In this document: one piece after another, positions 51,728 to 64,000 of the stretch
Position numbering within the stretch: position 1 is the first letter of the stretch
How the letters are laid out: every line of letters begins with the position of its first letter
NCBI GenBank assembly: GCA_964016885.1
Contig: OZ024741.1
Location: 357,554,001 to 357,618,000, forward strand
Source of the DNA: Eledone cirrhosa
Taxonomy: Eukaryota
Direction of reading: 5' to 3'
Length of the DNA: 64,000 bases
The notes under the pieces: generated by a model
What the model saw: the letters and a program-made list of their open reading frames with translations, nothing else
What the model was told of the DNA's origin: nothing
Databases searched by the model: none
Program-made: the position numbers and the translations under genes

Positions 51728-53814
51728 CTAGCATTAAAGCCCGGCGTTGCTCGGGGTCATTAAGTTACCAAAGTTAGGTTGCAGCACTTTTTTGTCTGCC
51801 AGGCACTGGGTGAATGAATTGCAGACCTGGAAGCATGAGCTGCGCCAGCAGTGACAATTGTAGTTTCGCCTATGGATATTATCTCTGTGCAAAAAAGTGT
51901 TGAAATTTATTGTTTCACAGTACTTGCGCAACACGCGAGTAGACGATGCCAGCCGAACAACAGAGGTGCGATGGAGTTGTTCTGCATGGTTGTCTGTGTG
52001 TTTTCTAAATTTAAGACAGTAGGGAGGGTTGTGATATGAGGGAGAGTTAGCTGTTGTTTCTAGCAGGTTTAGTGACCTCATAGAGGATATGTGTTTTCTA
52101 AATTTAAGACAGTAGGGAGTGGTGTGATATGAGGGAGAGTTAGCTGCTGTTTCTAGCAGGTTTAGTGACCTCATAGAGGATATGTTTTCTAAATTTAAGA
52201 CAGTAGGGAGGGGTGTGATATGAGGGAGAGTTAGCTGCTGTTTCTAGCAGGTTTAGTGACCTCATAGAAGATATGTTTTCTAAATTTAAGACAGTAGGGA
52301 GGGGTATGATATGGGGGAGAGTTAGCTGCTGTTTCTAGCAGGTTTAGTAACCTCATAGAGGATATGTGTTTTCTAAATTTAAGACAGTAGGGAGTGGTGT
52401 GATATGAGGGAGAGTTAGCTGCTGTTTCTAGCAGGTTTAGTGACCTCATAGAGGATATTATTGTTTATCTATATATATAAAACTGTGGTTGTCTGTCTGT
52501 CTATCGATTTTTGGCACACATCTCCTCTTAGAATCTCTCACGGAATTGCACCGAAATTGCTAGACTTGTACATTGAGCCCTAGCGAAGACATCGGAAAAA
52601 AAAAAATTTCAAATTGACCCACCCTATGTGACGAAATCGAATATAATGTATCGATTTTTGAGCGTAAGTGATCAGTTATTTCCCTTTGTTCTGTTTACAT
52701 TGAGCGTCTTACGTAAAAAATTACGCTGGCTTTAACAGTTGTCGAGCCAGCAAAATATTGACCTGCAAAATTCATCAGTTCGAACACTAAACTTCCGTTT
52801 TGCTTCATTTCCATTTAAAAGCATTTTAAAACAATATTTTTACTTGAAAACAAGTCTATTTAAAGACTACGTAAAACAAGCAAATATTTCGTCGTTAGGC
52901 GTGCAGACAGACAGTCGTGCAGAGAGGTGATATAGGCGTGCAGACAGACAGTCGTGCAGAGAGGTGATATAGGCGTGCAGACAGACATAACTGATAATTT
53001 GGTTACGCTAATGTTTTTCTCTGCGTTGCAGTGTTTACATTTTCGATCTTTGTTAATAAATAACCAGTGCAGTTTCTATCCCCAGCATCCTCTTTTGTTA
53101 TAACATTCGGGTTATCGTTATGTTTTCTTAACTTCATAAGGCATATTGTTGGTTGAGGGAATATTAATCAAAAACACCACATGCAAGTCTGCACAGTAGA
53201 CACTACAGTTTTTAAGCCAAGAAAGAAACTTAACATTGTAACTTTAACACAGCTACTGAGCGACCCCGAGCAACGCCGGGCTTTACTGCTAGTCATCTAT
53301 ATATATAAAACTGACTGCATGCCTAACGAAATTTACAGATACATATATTTTAAATAAACTTATATAATTTTTGCTTTTTTTTACGAAATATTTGCTTGTT
53401 TTACGTAGTCTTTAAATAGACTTGTTTTCAAGTAAAAATATTGTTTTAAAAGGCTTTTAAATGGAAATGAAGCAAAACGGAAGCTTAGTGTTCAAACTGA
53501 TGAATTTTGCAATTGTGTTAATGTCATTTTAAACGCTGAGAAAGCCAGCGTAATTTTTTTAATTTTTGCACGCAGACGCTCAATGTAAACAGAACAAAGG
53601 GAAATAACTGATCACTTATGCTCAAAAATCGATACATTATATTCGATTTCGTCAGATAGGGCAGGTCAATTTGAAATATTTTTTTTCTGATGTCTTCGCT
53701 AGGGCTCAATGTACAAGTCTAGCAATTTCGGTGCAATTCCGTGAGAGATTCTAAGAGGAGATGTGTGCCAAAAATCGATAGACAGACAGACAACCACAGT
53801 TTTATATATATAGA
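51728..53814. mobile_element. Composite of non-autonomous Helitrons in both orientations
   Basis: Plus copy A|TCTATATATATAAAACTG (52468) to hairpin CCCGAGCAACGCCGGG + CTAG|T (53292). Same 3' end on the minus strand at 51728-51758; same 5' end on the minus strand at 53814 and a short plus copy at 53296. Confidence 0.85.
51997..52458. repeat. ~91-93 bp minisatellite, five copies
   Basis: TGTTTTCTAAATTTAAGACAGTAGGGAG...GTGACCTCATAGAGGATA repeated five times. Confidence 0.95.
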
Positions 53815-54033
53815 TGAGCATAACATAAGATCTGTATGAGCATAACATGTTCTCCGGACCTGACTTGTCTCATTACGTGACAACCCTTCTAACCCATGCA
53901 AGCATGGAAAAATGGACGTTAAACAATGACGACGACATTTATATGTAGATATATTTATATATTTATATATATATTTTTATATTTATATTTATATTTATAT
54001 ATATATTTATATATATATTTATATTTATATATT

Positions 54034-54101
<68 letters not shown>

Positions 54102-54151
54102 TATATTTATATATTTATATATATATATTTATATATTTATATATATATATT

Positions 54152-54191
<40 letters not shown>

Positions 54192-54229
54192 TATATATTT
54201 ATATATATATATTTATATTTATATATATA

Positions 54230-54363
<134 letters not shown>

Positions 54364-54499
54364 TATTTATATATATATATTTATATATATATATTTATTT
54401 ATATATATATATATATATTTATATATTTATATTTATATATTTATATATATTTATATATATATATATTTATATATTTATATATATATATATATATATATA

Positions 54500-55749
54500 T
54501 AATAATAAATAAATAACAAAGAACGCTTATAGCATATGCATATCTTTACTTGCTAACATTGTTTCATCCACACTATAAGTGGGACTCATCAGAGCATAAG
54601 GGTTAAATTACATACCATACAAGCAATAACAAATCCAAGACATTGAAGAATGAAAGGTAATAATAGACGATAGAGGATAAGAATAAAAAGTAAATAAAAA
54701 TAAAAGTGAAAATAAAAATAAAAATAAAATAAAAATAAAAATAAGGGGTGCTATCTGTCACAGTTGGGCGGTGTGCTGTCAACATATAGTTACATACAAG
54801 CATACACATGGATAAGAGAACAGACAAGAGTAGACACATGGATAAGAGAACAGACAAGAGTAGATAAGATAATGGGATTAGGTAAGAGTAGGTAAAAAAT
54901 AGGTAAAAAATAGGTAAAAAACAGACTTATAATATATATAAAAAGAAATACAAAGAAATACATAACAAACTTACATATAAAATATAAAATATAGGGTAAG
55001 GAATGAGATAAAATAATATACAATTAAAAATTAAAAATTATATACATAGAACATAATATAGTATAATCGTAAAATAAGATAAAATAAGGTAAACTAAAAT
55101 CTTTTACGATTATACTATATTATGTTCTATGTATATAATTTTTAATTTTTAATTGTATATTATTTTATCTCATTCCTTACCCTATATTTTATATTTTATA
55201 TGTAAGTTTGTTATGTATTTCTTTGTATTTCTTTTTATATATATTATAAGTCTGTTTTTTACCTATTTTTTACCTACTCTTACCTAATCCCATTATCTTA
55301 TCTACTCTTGTCTGTTCTCTTATCCATGTGTCTACTCTTGTCTGTTCTCTTATCCATGTGTATGCTTGTATGTAACTATATGTTGACAGCACACCGCCCA
55401 ACTGTGACAGATAGCACCCCTTATTTTTATTTTTATTTTATTTTTATTTTCACTTTTATTTTTATTTACTTTTTATTCTTATCCTCTATCGTCTATTATT
55501 ACCTTTCATTCTTCAATGTCTTGGATTTGTTATTGCTTGTATGGTATGTAATTTAACCCTTATGCTCTGATGAGTCCCACTTATAGTGTGGATGAAACAA
55601 TGTTAGCAAGTAAAGATATGCATATGCTATAAGCGTTCTTTGTTATTTATTTATTATATTACGGCTCTGTCCTCAGACATTGAGCTAACCTCATACTGCC
55701 TGCTGGATAAGTGGAGTGTTATACACCCCTGATCCTTTCCCTAGCATAC
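54500..55749. mobile_element. Large non-coding fold-back PLE-derived element D1
   Basis: Arms of about 570 bp, 54500-55074 and 55102-55660, near-identical inverted; tail 55661-55749 on the right arm only; huge (TA)n flanks. Confidence 0.9.
55561..55610 (+). ncRNA. Type I hammerhead ribozyme motif (mirror 54549-54598 on minus strand)
   Basis: TGCT-CTGATGA(55567-55573)-GTCC CAC TTATA GTG T GGAT-GAAA(55594-55597)-C AAT G-TT^AGCA. Confidence 0.82.
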
Positions 55750-55784
<35 letters not shown>

Positions 55785-56259
55785 TTATATATATATTTAT
55801 ATATATATTTATTTATATATTTATTTATATATTTATTTATATATTTATTTATATATATATTTATATATATATTTATTTATATATTTATTTATATATATAT
55901 TTATATATATATTTATTTATATATATATTTATATATATATATATTTATATATATATTTATATATATATATATTTATATATATATATATTTATTTATATAT
56001 ATATATATTTATATATATATTTATATATATATATATTTATATATATATATATTTATTTATATATATATATTTATTTATATATATATATTTATTTATATAT
56101 ATATATTTATTTATATATATATATATATTTATTTATATATATATATTTATTTATATATATATATATATTTATTTATATATATATATATATTTATTTATAT
56201 ATATATATATATATATTTATTTATATATATATTTATATATATTTATATATATATATATT

Positions 56260-56290
<31 letters not shown>

Positions 56291-56391
56291 ATTTATATAT
56301 ATATATATATTTATATATATATTTATTTATATATATATATATATTTATATATATTTATTTATATATATATATATATTTATATATATTTATT

Positions 56392-56422
<31 letters not shown>

Positions 56423-56865
56423 ATATATATATTTATATTTATTTATTTATATATATATATATATATTTATTTATATATATATATATATATTTATTTATAT
56501 ATATATATATATTTATTTATATATATATATATATTTATTTATATATATATATATATTTATTTATATATATATATATATATTTATTTATATATATATATAT
56601 ATTTATTTATATATATATATATATATTTATTTATATATATATATATATTTATTTATATATATATATATATTTATTTATATATATATATATATTTATTTAT
56701 ATATATATATATATTTATTTATATATATATATATATTTATTTATATATATATATATATTTATTTATATATATATATTTATTTATTTATATATATATATTT
56801 ATTTATATATATTTATTTATATATATTTATATATATATATTTATTTATATATATTTATATATATA

Positions 56866-56898
<33 letters not shown>

Positions 56899-56951
56899 TT
56901 ATTTATATATATTTATATATATATATTTATTTATATATATTTATATATATA

Positions 56952-56982
<31 letters not shown>

Positions 56983-57037
56983 TTATTTATATATATTTAT
57001 ATATATATATTTATTTATATATATATATATATATACA

Positions 57038-57074
<37 letters not shown>

Positions 57075-57099
57075 TTATATATATATATATATACATATT

Positions 57100-57130
<31 letters not shown>

Positions 57131-57191
57131 TTATATATATATATTTATATATTTATATATATATATTTATATATTTATATATATATATATT

Positions 57192-57270
<79 letters not shown>

Positions 57271-57640
57271 ATATATTTTATAATATATATATATATTTTA
57301 TAATATATATATATATTTTATAATATATATATATATTTTATAATATATATATATATATATTTATAATATATATATATATATATTTATAATATATATATAT
57401 ATATATTTATAATATATATATATATATATTTATAATATATATATATATATTTATAATATATATATATATATATATTTATAATATATATATATATATATTT
57501 ATAATATATATATATATATATTTATAATATATATATATATATTTATAATATATATATATATATATATATTTATAATATATATATATATATATTTATAATA
57601 TATATATATATATATTTATAATATATATATATATATATAT

Positions 57641-57676
<36 letters not shown>

Positions 57677-58289
57677 ATATATATATATATATATTTATAA
57701 TATATATATATATATATATTTATAATATATATATATATATATTTATAATATATATATATATATATATTTATAATATATATATATATATATATTTATAATA
57801 TATATATATATATTTTATAATATATATATATATATTTTATAATATATATATATATATTTTATAATATATATATATATATTTTATAATATATATATATATA
57901 TTTTATAATATATATATATATATTTTATAATATATATATATATATATTTATAATATATATATATATATATTTATAATATATATATATATATATTTATAAT
58001 ATATATATATATATATTTATAATATATATATATATATATATTTATAATATATATATATATATATTTATAATATATATATATATATATATATTTATAATAT
58101 ATATATATATATATATTTATAATATATATATATATATATATTTATAATATATATATATATATATATTTATAATATATATATATATATATATTTATAATAT
58201 ATATATATATATATATTTATAATATATATATATATATATATTTATAATATATATATATATTTATAATATATATATATATATATATATAT

Positions 58290-58325
<36 letters not shown>

Positions 58326-58453
58326 ATATATATATATATATATATATATTTATAATATATATATATATATATATATATTTATAATATATATATATATATA
58401 TATATATTTATAATATATATATATATATATATATATTTATAATATATATATAT
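55750..58453. repeat. 2.7-kb AT-only compound microsatellite with a higher-order TTTATAA(TA)n domain from about 57280
   Basis: Direct inspection. Confidence 0.95.
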
Positions 58454-60018
58454 AAGAATTAAAATACTAGAGTGTGTTGGAGTTAAACACCCTCTTCATA
58501 TTATAGAAATGACAGTAAAGGTATAGCTCAATGTAATTAAACAGAGCCGAAGAATTAAGAAATAAACCAAAGAAGCCTTCAATACATCAAAAGTCTTTAT
58601 TAGCCAAGTGTTTCGCCCTGTTAAGGACTCATCAGGGCAAGTAAAGCTATAAGAAGCACTATCGGCCAATACAAGCCAAAAACTCAGAAGAATATGGAGT
58701 ATACATACATTAAAGCATAGGAAAATTATCAAGTAAAAATTGCTAAGGAAGTGAATAACATTTTGAACCATATTACAAATATAGTACAATGCAAAAACTA
58801 AAGCTAAACACAAGTGGTGATATAAAGGGAGAATTCCGGTGCTAAATATAATATAATATATTATAATTGATAATAATAATAATAATATTAAAAGGCCCAA
58901 TAAACATACATATACATATGTATACATATACATATATATGTCAATACACATATCCATCTATACAAACCCAAACTAACACCTATTAAGAGTTAAAATAAAA
59001 ATAATACAAATAATATTTACAGTATAAAATGATAAAGAAATGAGTAAAAATAAACATATAAAATATAATATACTATATAAATATATAATTATATAATTAA
59101 TAATCCCCGGTCAATTTGCACAAACAGTATAAATATTACAATAACACTATAATAACAATATTATAATATATTGGCATATAACGTAACAAATCATATAAAG
59201 TTACACACAGAGGGTGAGAAAAAAAATATCATACAGAACTAAATTGTGTTGAAAAGATTGTGCTGGAAAAATATCTATACCGTTGTAAGAAAACAGACGG
59301 AGGTCAAGTTTTTATACAATTGTATAAATAAGTATTATCTAAACGTTACAAAAATTATAAAAATATAAACATATTACAGAATTTACAAAATTTAACATAA
59401 TGGTACATCAACATCAAATAATGAACAGTATAATATACATAATTACATGGTTGGTAGACAGACATATGTGAATAAGTGAATAAGAACCAGACAGAAAACT
59501 ACGCACAGTAGTAAAAAAAAATATAAATATAAATAAAATAAAATCAACCGGAAATCGAAAAACAAAAACAAAAATATTTACTTAGGTGTCTCGAGCAGTT
59601 CAGTAAAAAAATTTAGGAAACAAACCCGGATAAATGACTAGAAAACCCTAAATTAATTAATATTGCAAGTATTTAAAATATATAATAAGTCAATACAAAA
59701 TTAGCTATGGTTTAAGTAATCAAAATCTCCAAAGTTTAAGATATCTCAATAATAACATCGAGAATAGAATGAAATACTTTACTATCAGTTGAATAACGTT
59801 ATCTAATAAACAGACTTTAAGTAGAACTATGGTAGGCCAATGGGGACAGAAAAAAAGAAATGTATGGAGGATGCGAAGGAGCATAAAATCATAATCAATA
59901 TACTGTATTATACAATAGAAAGGGGCATAAAAGGGAATTGAATATAATTATAGTATAAATTGAAGGGGCTAATAAAGACTTTTGATGTATTGAAGGCTTC
60001 TTTGGTTTATTTCTTGAT
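58454..60018. mobile_element. Asymmetric fold-back PLE-derived element D2
   Basis: Tail 58454-58556 is homologous to the D1 tail (CGGCTCTGT...ACATTGAGCTA); 58557-58605 is the perfect reverse complement of 59967-60015; long non-coding arm between. Confidence 0.85.
58594..58648 (-). ncRNA. Type I hammerhead ribozyme motif
   Basis: CTTTACTTGCC-CTGATGA(58635-58629)-GTCC TTAACA GGGC-GAAA(58614-58611)-CACTT^GGCTAATAAAG. Confidence 0.8.
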
Positions 60019-60034
60019 ATATATATATTTATTA

Positions 60035-60068
<34 letters not shown>

Positions 60069-60069
60069 A

Positions 60070-61471
60070 TCATCATCATCGTTTAACGTCCATATTCCAT
60101 GCTTGCATGGGTTTGGACGGGAGTTTTCCCACTTGAGGCAAGAGTGGTTGTCTTGCTCGCATAGGACTGTCTGGCGGGTTTTCAATGGCTGGATGCCCTT
60201 CCTAACACCAACCACATTTACAGTGTGGAACTGGGAGGTTTTTACCATGTTACCTACACGGCCACAATACAGCGTGGACTGTGTTTTTTTGTTGTGACAC
60301 CTACACGACCTCATTTGTTTCGGGCTGGATGTTGTGGTACCAACATAACTTTACATTGAAAGGGATGGGGTGGGACGGGGGTGTATTTTGTTAGAGGTGC
60401 CTACTGACTAGTAGGTTTCACTTAGTACTTAGGTATGGCGGGTCTTCTCTATTACTGTGTAGCGCCAAAGATCTCGGTCTAGTGACATTGTCTTGGAGAG
60501 GTGTAAGTGTGTGAGGTCGGAATTTATCAAGTCATCCCAGGTTTTTCTGGGTCTGCCTACTCCGTGGCTACCGTCTATTTTTATTGCCCTGCACTTTTTT
60601 ATACAGTTGTCGTCTTTCATGCGCATCACGTGACCATACCAACGTAGTCTTCTCTCGAGTAAACATCTGATCCCTCTTATTTCTAATTTTTCCCTTAGTT
60701 CGTTTATGCTTTGCCGTTCACGTATATTACTATTACACATCCAGCGGAGCTTGCAAGCTTCGTATATCCTCTGCACACAATGCCCAGGTCTCACTGCCAT
60801 GCAACATTGCTGTTCGTATGCAGGCATCATTTTTAGGGAGAACCCTTTAGCGGCTAATAGTGGTATAAGCTCTCTGAACTTTTTCCATCCAGTTCTGACT
60901 CTAGCTACTGTACTTTCAGAGCTTCCTCCCCCACTGCTGATTTTGTCACCCAGGTAATGGAAGCTGTCCACTATTTCTATAGAACCATCTGTGCAATGGA
61001 ATGAGCTAGTATTCTGTGGGCACTTGCTGCTACTTATTGCACCAGAGCACCGGCCACATATAACATCTATATTCTTAGTTAGCTTACCTGTGATCCAACT
61101 ACATCTTTTATGCACCCATACTTTGCATTCGGGACATAAAATGGAGTTTCTACCTACTCCTTTCCTACACACTGAGCATGGCCATTTCTCGGATGAGACC
61201 AGTGCCCTATTTTCCTTCCTACAAACTAGAACTTTAGTCTTAGACAGGTTAATTTTAAGGCCTTTTGATTCTCGGCCATGCTTTCATGTTTGGAATTTCT
61301 TCTCTAGTTCGGCCATTGATTCAGCTATGAGCGTTAGATCATCTGTGTATATGAGTTCCCATGGGCAGCCTGTCTTGAACTCCACTGTTATAGCCTGAAG
61401 GGCAATAATAAATAGTAGGGGGCTAAGAACGGAGCCCTGATGAACACCAACTTTTACGCTAATCTCTTCAC
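60070..61471 (-). mobile_element. 5'-truncated, frameshifted RTE LINE with PHD-like finger
   Basis: GVHQGSVLSPLLFII, WELIYTDDL, WPCSVCRKGVGRNSILCPECKVWVHKRC..CGRC, VDSFHYLGD, RRLRWYGHV, GRPRKTW, 3'UTR, (GAT)n. Confidence 0.92.
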
Positions 61472-62086
61472 TATATATATATTTATTTATTTATATATAT
61501 ATATATTTATTTATATATATTTATTTATTTATATATATATATATTTATTTATATATATATATATTTATTTATATATATATATATTTATTTATATATATAT
61601 ATATTTATTTATATATATATATATTTATTTATATATATATATATTTATTTATATATATATATATTTATTTATATATATATATATTTATTTATATATATAT
61701 ATATTTATTTATATATATATATATTTATTTATATATATATATATTTATTTATATATATATATATTTATTTATATATATATATATTTATTTATATATATAT
61801 ATATTTATTTATATATATATTTATTTATATATATATTTATTTATATATATATTTATTTATATATATATATTTATTTATATATATATATTTATTTATATAT
61901 ATATATTTATTTATATTTATATATATTTATATATATTTATATATATTTATATATATATATTTATTTATATATATATTTATTTATATATATAATATATATA
62001 TATATTTATTTATTTATATATATATATATATTTATTTATATATATATATATATATATTTATTTATATATATATTTATTTATATATA

Positions 62087-62119
<33 letters not shown>

Positions 62120-62130
62120 TTATTTATATA

Positions 62131-62169
<39 letters not shown>

Positions 62170-62658
62170 TTATATATATATATATATATTTATTTATATA
62201 TATTTATATATATATATATATATATTTATTTATATATATATATATATATATTTATTTATATATATATATATATATTTATTTATATATATATATATATATT
62301 TATTTATATATATATATATATTTATTTATATATATATATATATTTATTTATATATATATATATATTTATTTATATATATATATATATTTATTTATATATA
62401 TATATATATTTATTTATATATATATATATTTATTTATTTATATATATATATATTTATTTATTTATATATATATATATATATTTATTTATATATATATATA
62501 TATTTATTTATATATATATATATTTATTTATATATATATATATATATTTATTTATATATATATATATATATTTATTTATATATATATATATATATTTATT
62601 TATATATATATATATATTTATTTATATATATATATTTATTTATATATATATATTTATT

Positions 62659-62689
<31 letters not shown>

Positions 62690-62716
62690 ATATTTATTTA
62701 TATATATATATTTATT

Positions 62717-62801
<85 letters not shown>

Positions 62802-62860
62802 ATATTTATTTATATATATATATATTTATTTATTTATTTATATATATATATATATATTTA

Positions 62861-62895
<35 letters not shown>

Positions 62896-63035
62896 TTATT
62901 TATATATATATATATTTATTTATTTATATATATATATATATTTATATATATTTATTTATATATATATTTATTTATTTATTTATTTATATATATATATTTA
63001 TTTATATATATATTTATTTATATATATATATATAA
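61472..63035. repeat. (TA)/(TTTA) compound microsatellite with a 20-bp higher-order unit at about 61540-61815
   Basis: ATATTTATTTATATATATAT repeated in exact register. Confidence 0.95.
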
Positions 63036-64000
63036 TCATCACCATCATCATATATATATATGTATTGTAAATATAGTTGGCATTAGGAAGGGCCTCTAGC
63101 CATAGAAACCAAGTCAAGAACAGGACAACTCATCTAACCAATGCTAAAATGAAAAATTGACATTAAACGGTGATTATGATGATAGTGATATATATTTCGG
63201 AATACAAAAAATATCAAACGACAACGCAGGAGTACAAGTTACAAATGGTACTAGGTTCACGCTAAGTGAGTGAGGTGTGTGGGTGTGACGTATAAGGAGG
63301 GTATACATGTGTGTGTAAAAAGACCTATATCAAATAATTTCTAAGTATCATAACATATTTAAAAATTTGTTTTTCCTTCTGATCATCATATAAAGAATTA
63401 CTATCATTGTCTTCTTTAGTTTTATCACAATTGTTTGAAGTCCTCATTGTTTGTTCTTATTTACTTTGATTATAGCAGCACCACCACCACCTCACTTCAC
63501 AGCCATTTGATAGGTCTGCTCTGCAACATCTGTTGCCATAGTTAGTGCTGGAAGGTGTTTTAATTCTTTTGTTACCATATTTCTAATGAAAGACACTGCC
63601 TTTAAGTTTCAAATTATTTTGTAAAATAATCAGATTTGGTGGGAATTAGAGATATAACTAACTTTCATGTTATTAAGCAGATGTTTGAAACGTAACTTAT
63701 CAAAGATTCTTACATAAATTATGATGGATTGTATTTTAAAACAAACAGTTGTGTATTATAGAATCAGGAGTGGTTTTAGAAGGGTTGATATATGTACCAG
63801 TGCATAAGTGTTCCAAGTATGGTTTCAAAATAGGATCATCATCATCATTTTTTTCCCATGCTTGCATTGGTTGGATGTATTGAAACACCTCCACCATTTT
63901 ATAACATGAACTGAGTGTATTTTATTATGCCACTGGCACTGAAGAGACGGCATGCTATATGACTAAAATGTCATCTCTACCCTATATCAATTTTTATTTG

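Noticed and set aside
55711-57323. 530-535 aa ORFs (also 51076-51763, 53926-54516, 61440-63035, 11591-12034)
   Set aside because: Stop-free translations of (TA)/(TTTA) microsatellite, only I/Y/F/L; not genes

Overview
Very AT-rich, microsatellite-laden animal DNA. The SINE/LINE content suggests an octopod cephalopod (inference). I found no intact host protein-coding exon. The only gene-like signal is a CpG-retaining probable promoter and non-coding first exon at about 25.8-26.2 kb. The rest is mobile DNA: RTE-clade LINE fragments, tRNA-derived SINEs, TTAA-flanked piggyBac-type MITEs, a rearranged non-autonomous Helitron and several minisatellites. The main signal is a Penelope-like element (PLE) system. 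One young RT + GIY-YIG element sits as a 3.7-kb inverted repeat (17780-21481). About ten non-coding elements from at least four dissimilar families share all or part of its build: they insert in (TA)n, usually have two outward-facing inverted arms, carry a minimal hammerhead-ribozyme motif (CTGANGA-stem II-GAAA), and have a 55-100 nt 'tail' on one arm only. Most tails have a TTGAG motif about 20-27 nt past the point where the tail-less arm stops. In two elements an arm begins at the predicted ribozyme cleavage site. Ribozyme calls come from by-eye pairing, not from a covariance-model search. The long IYIY ORFs are microsatellite artefacts.
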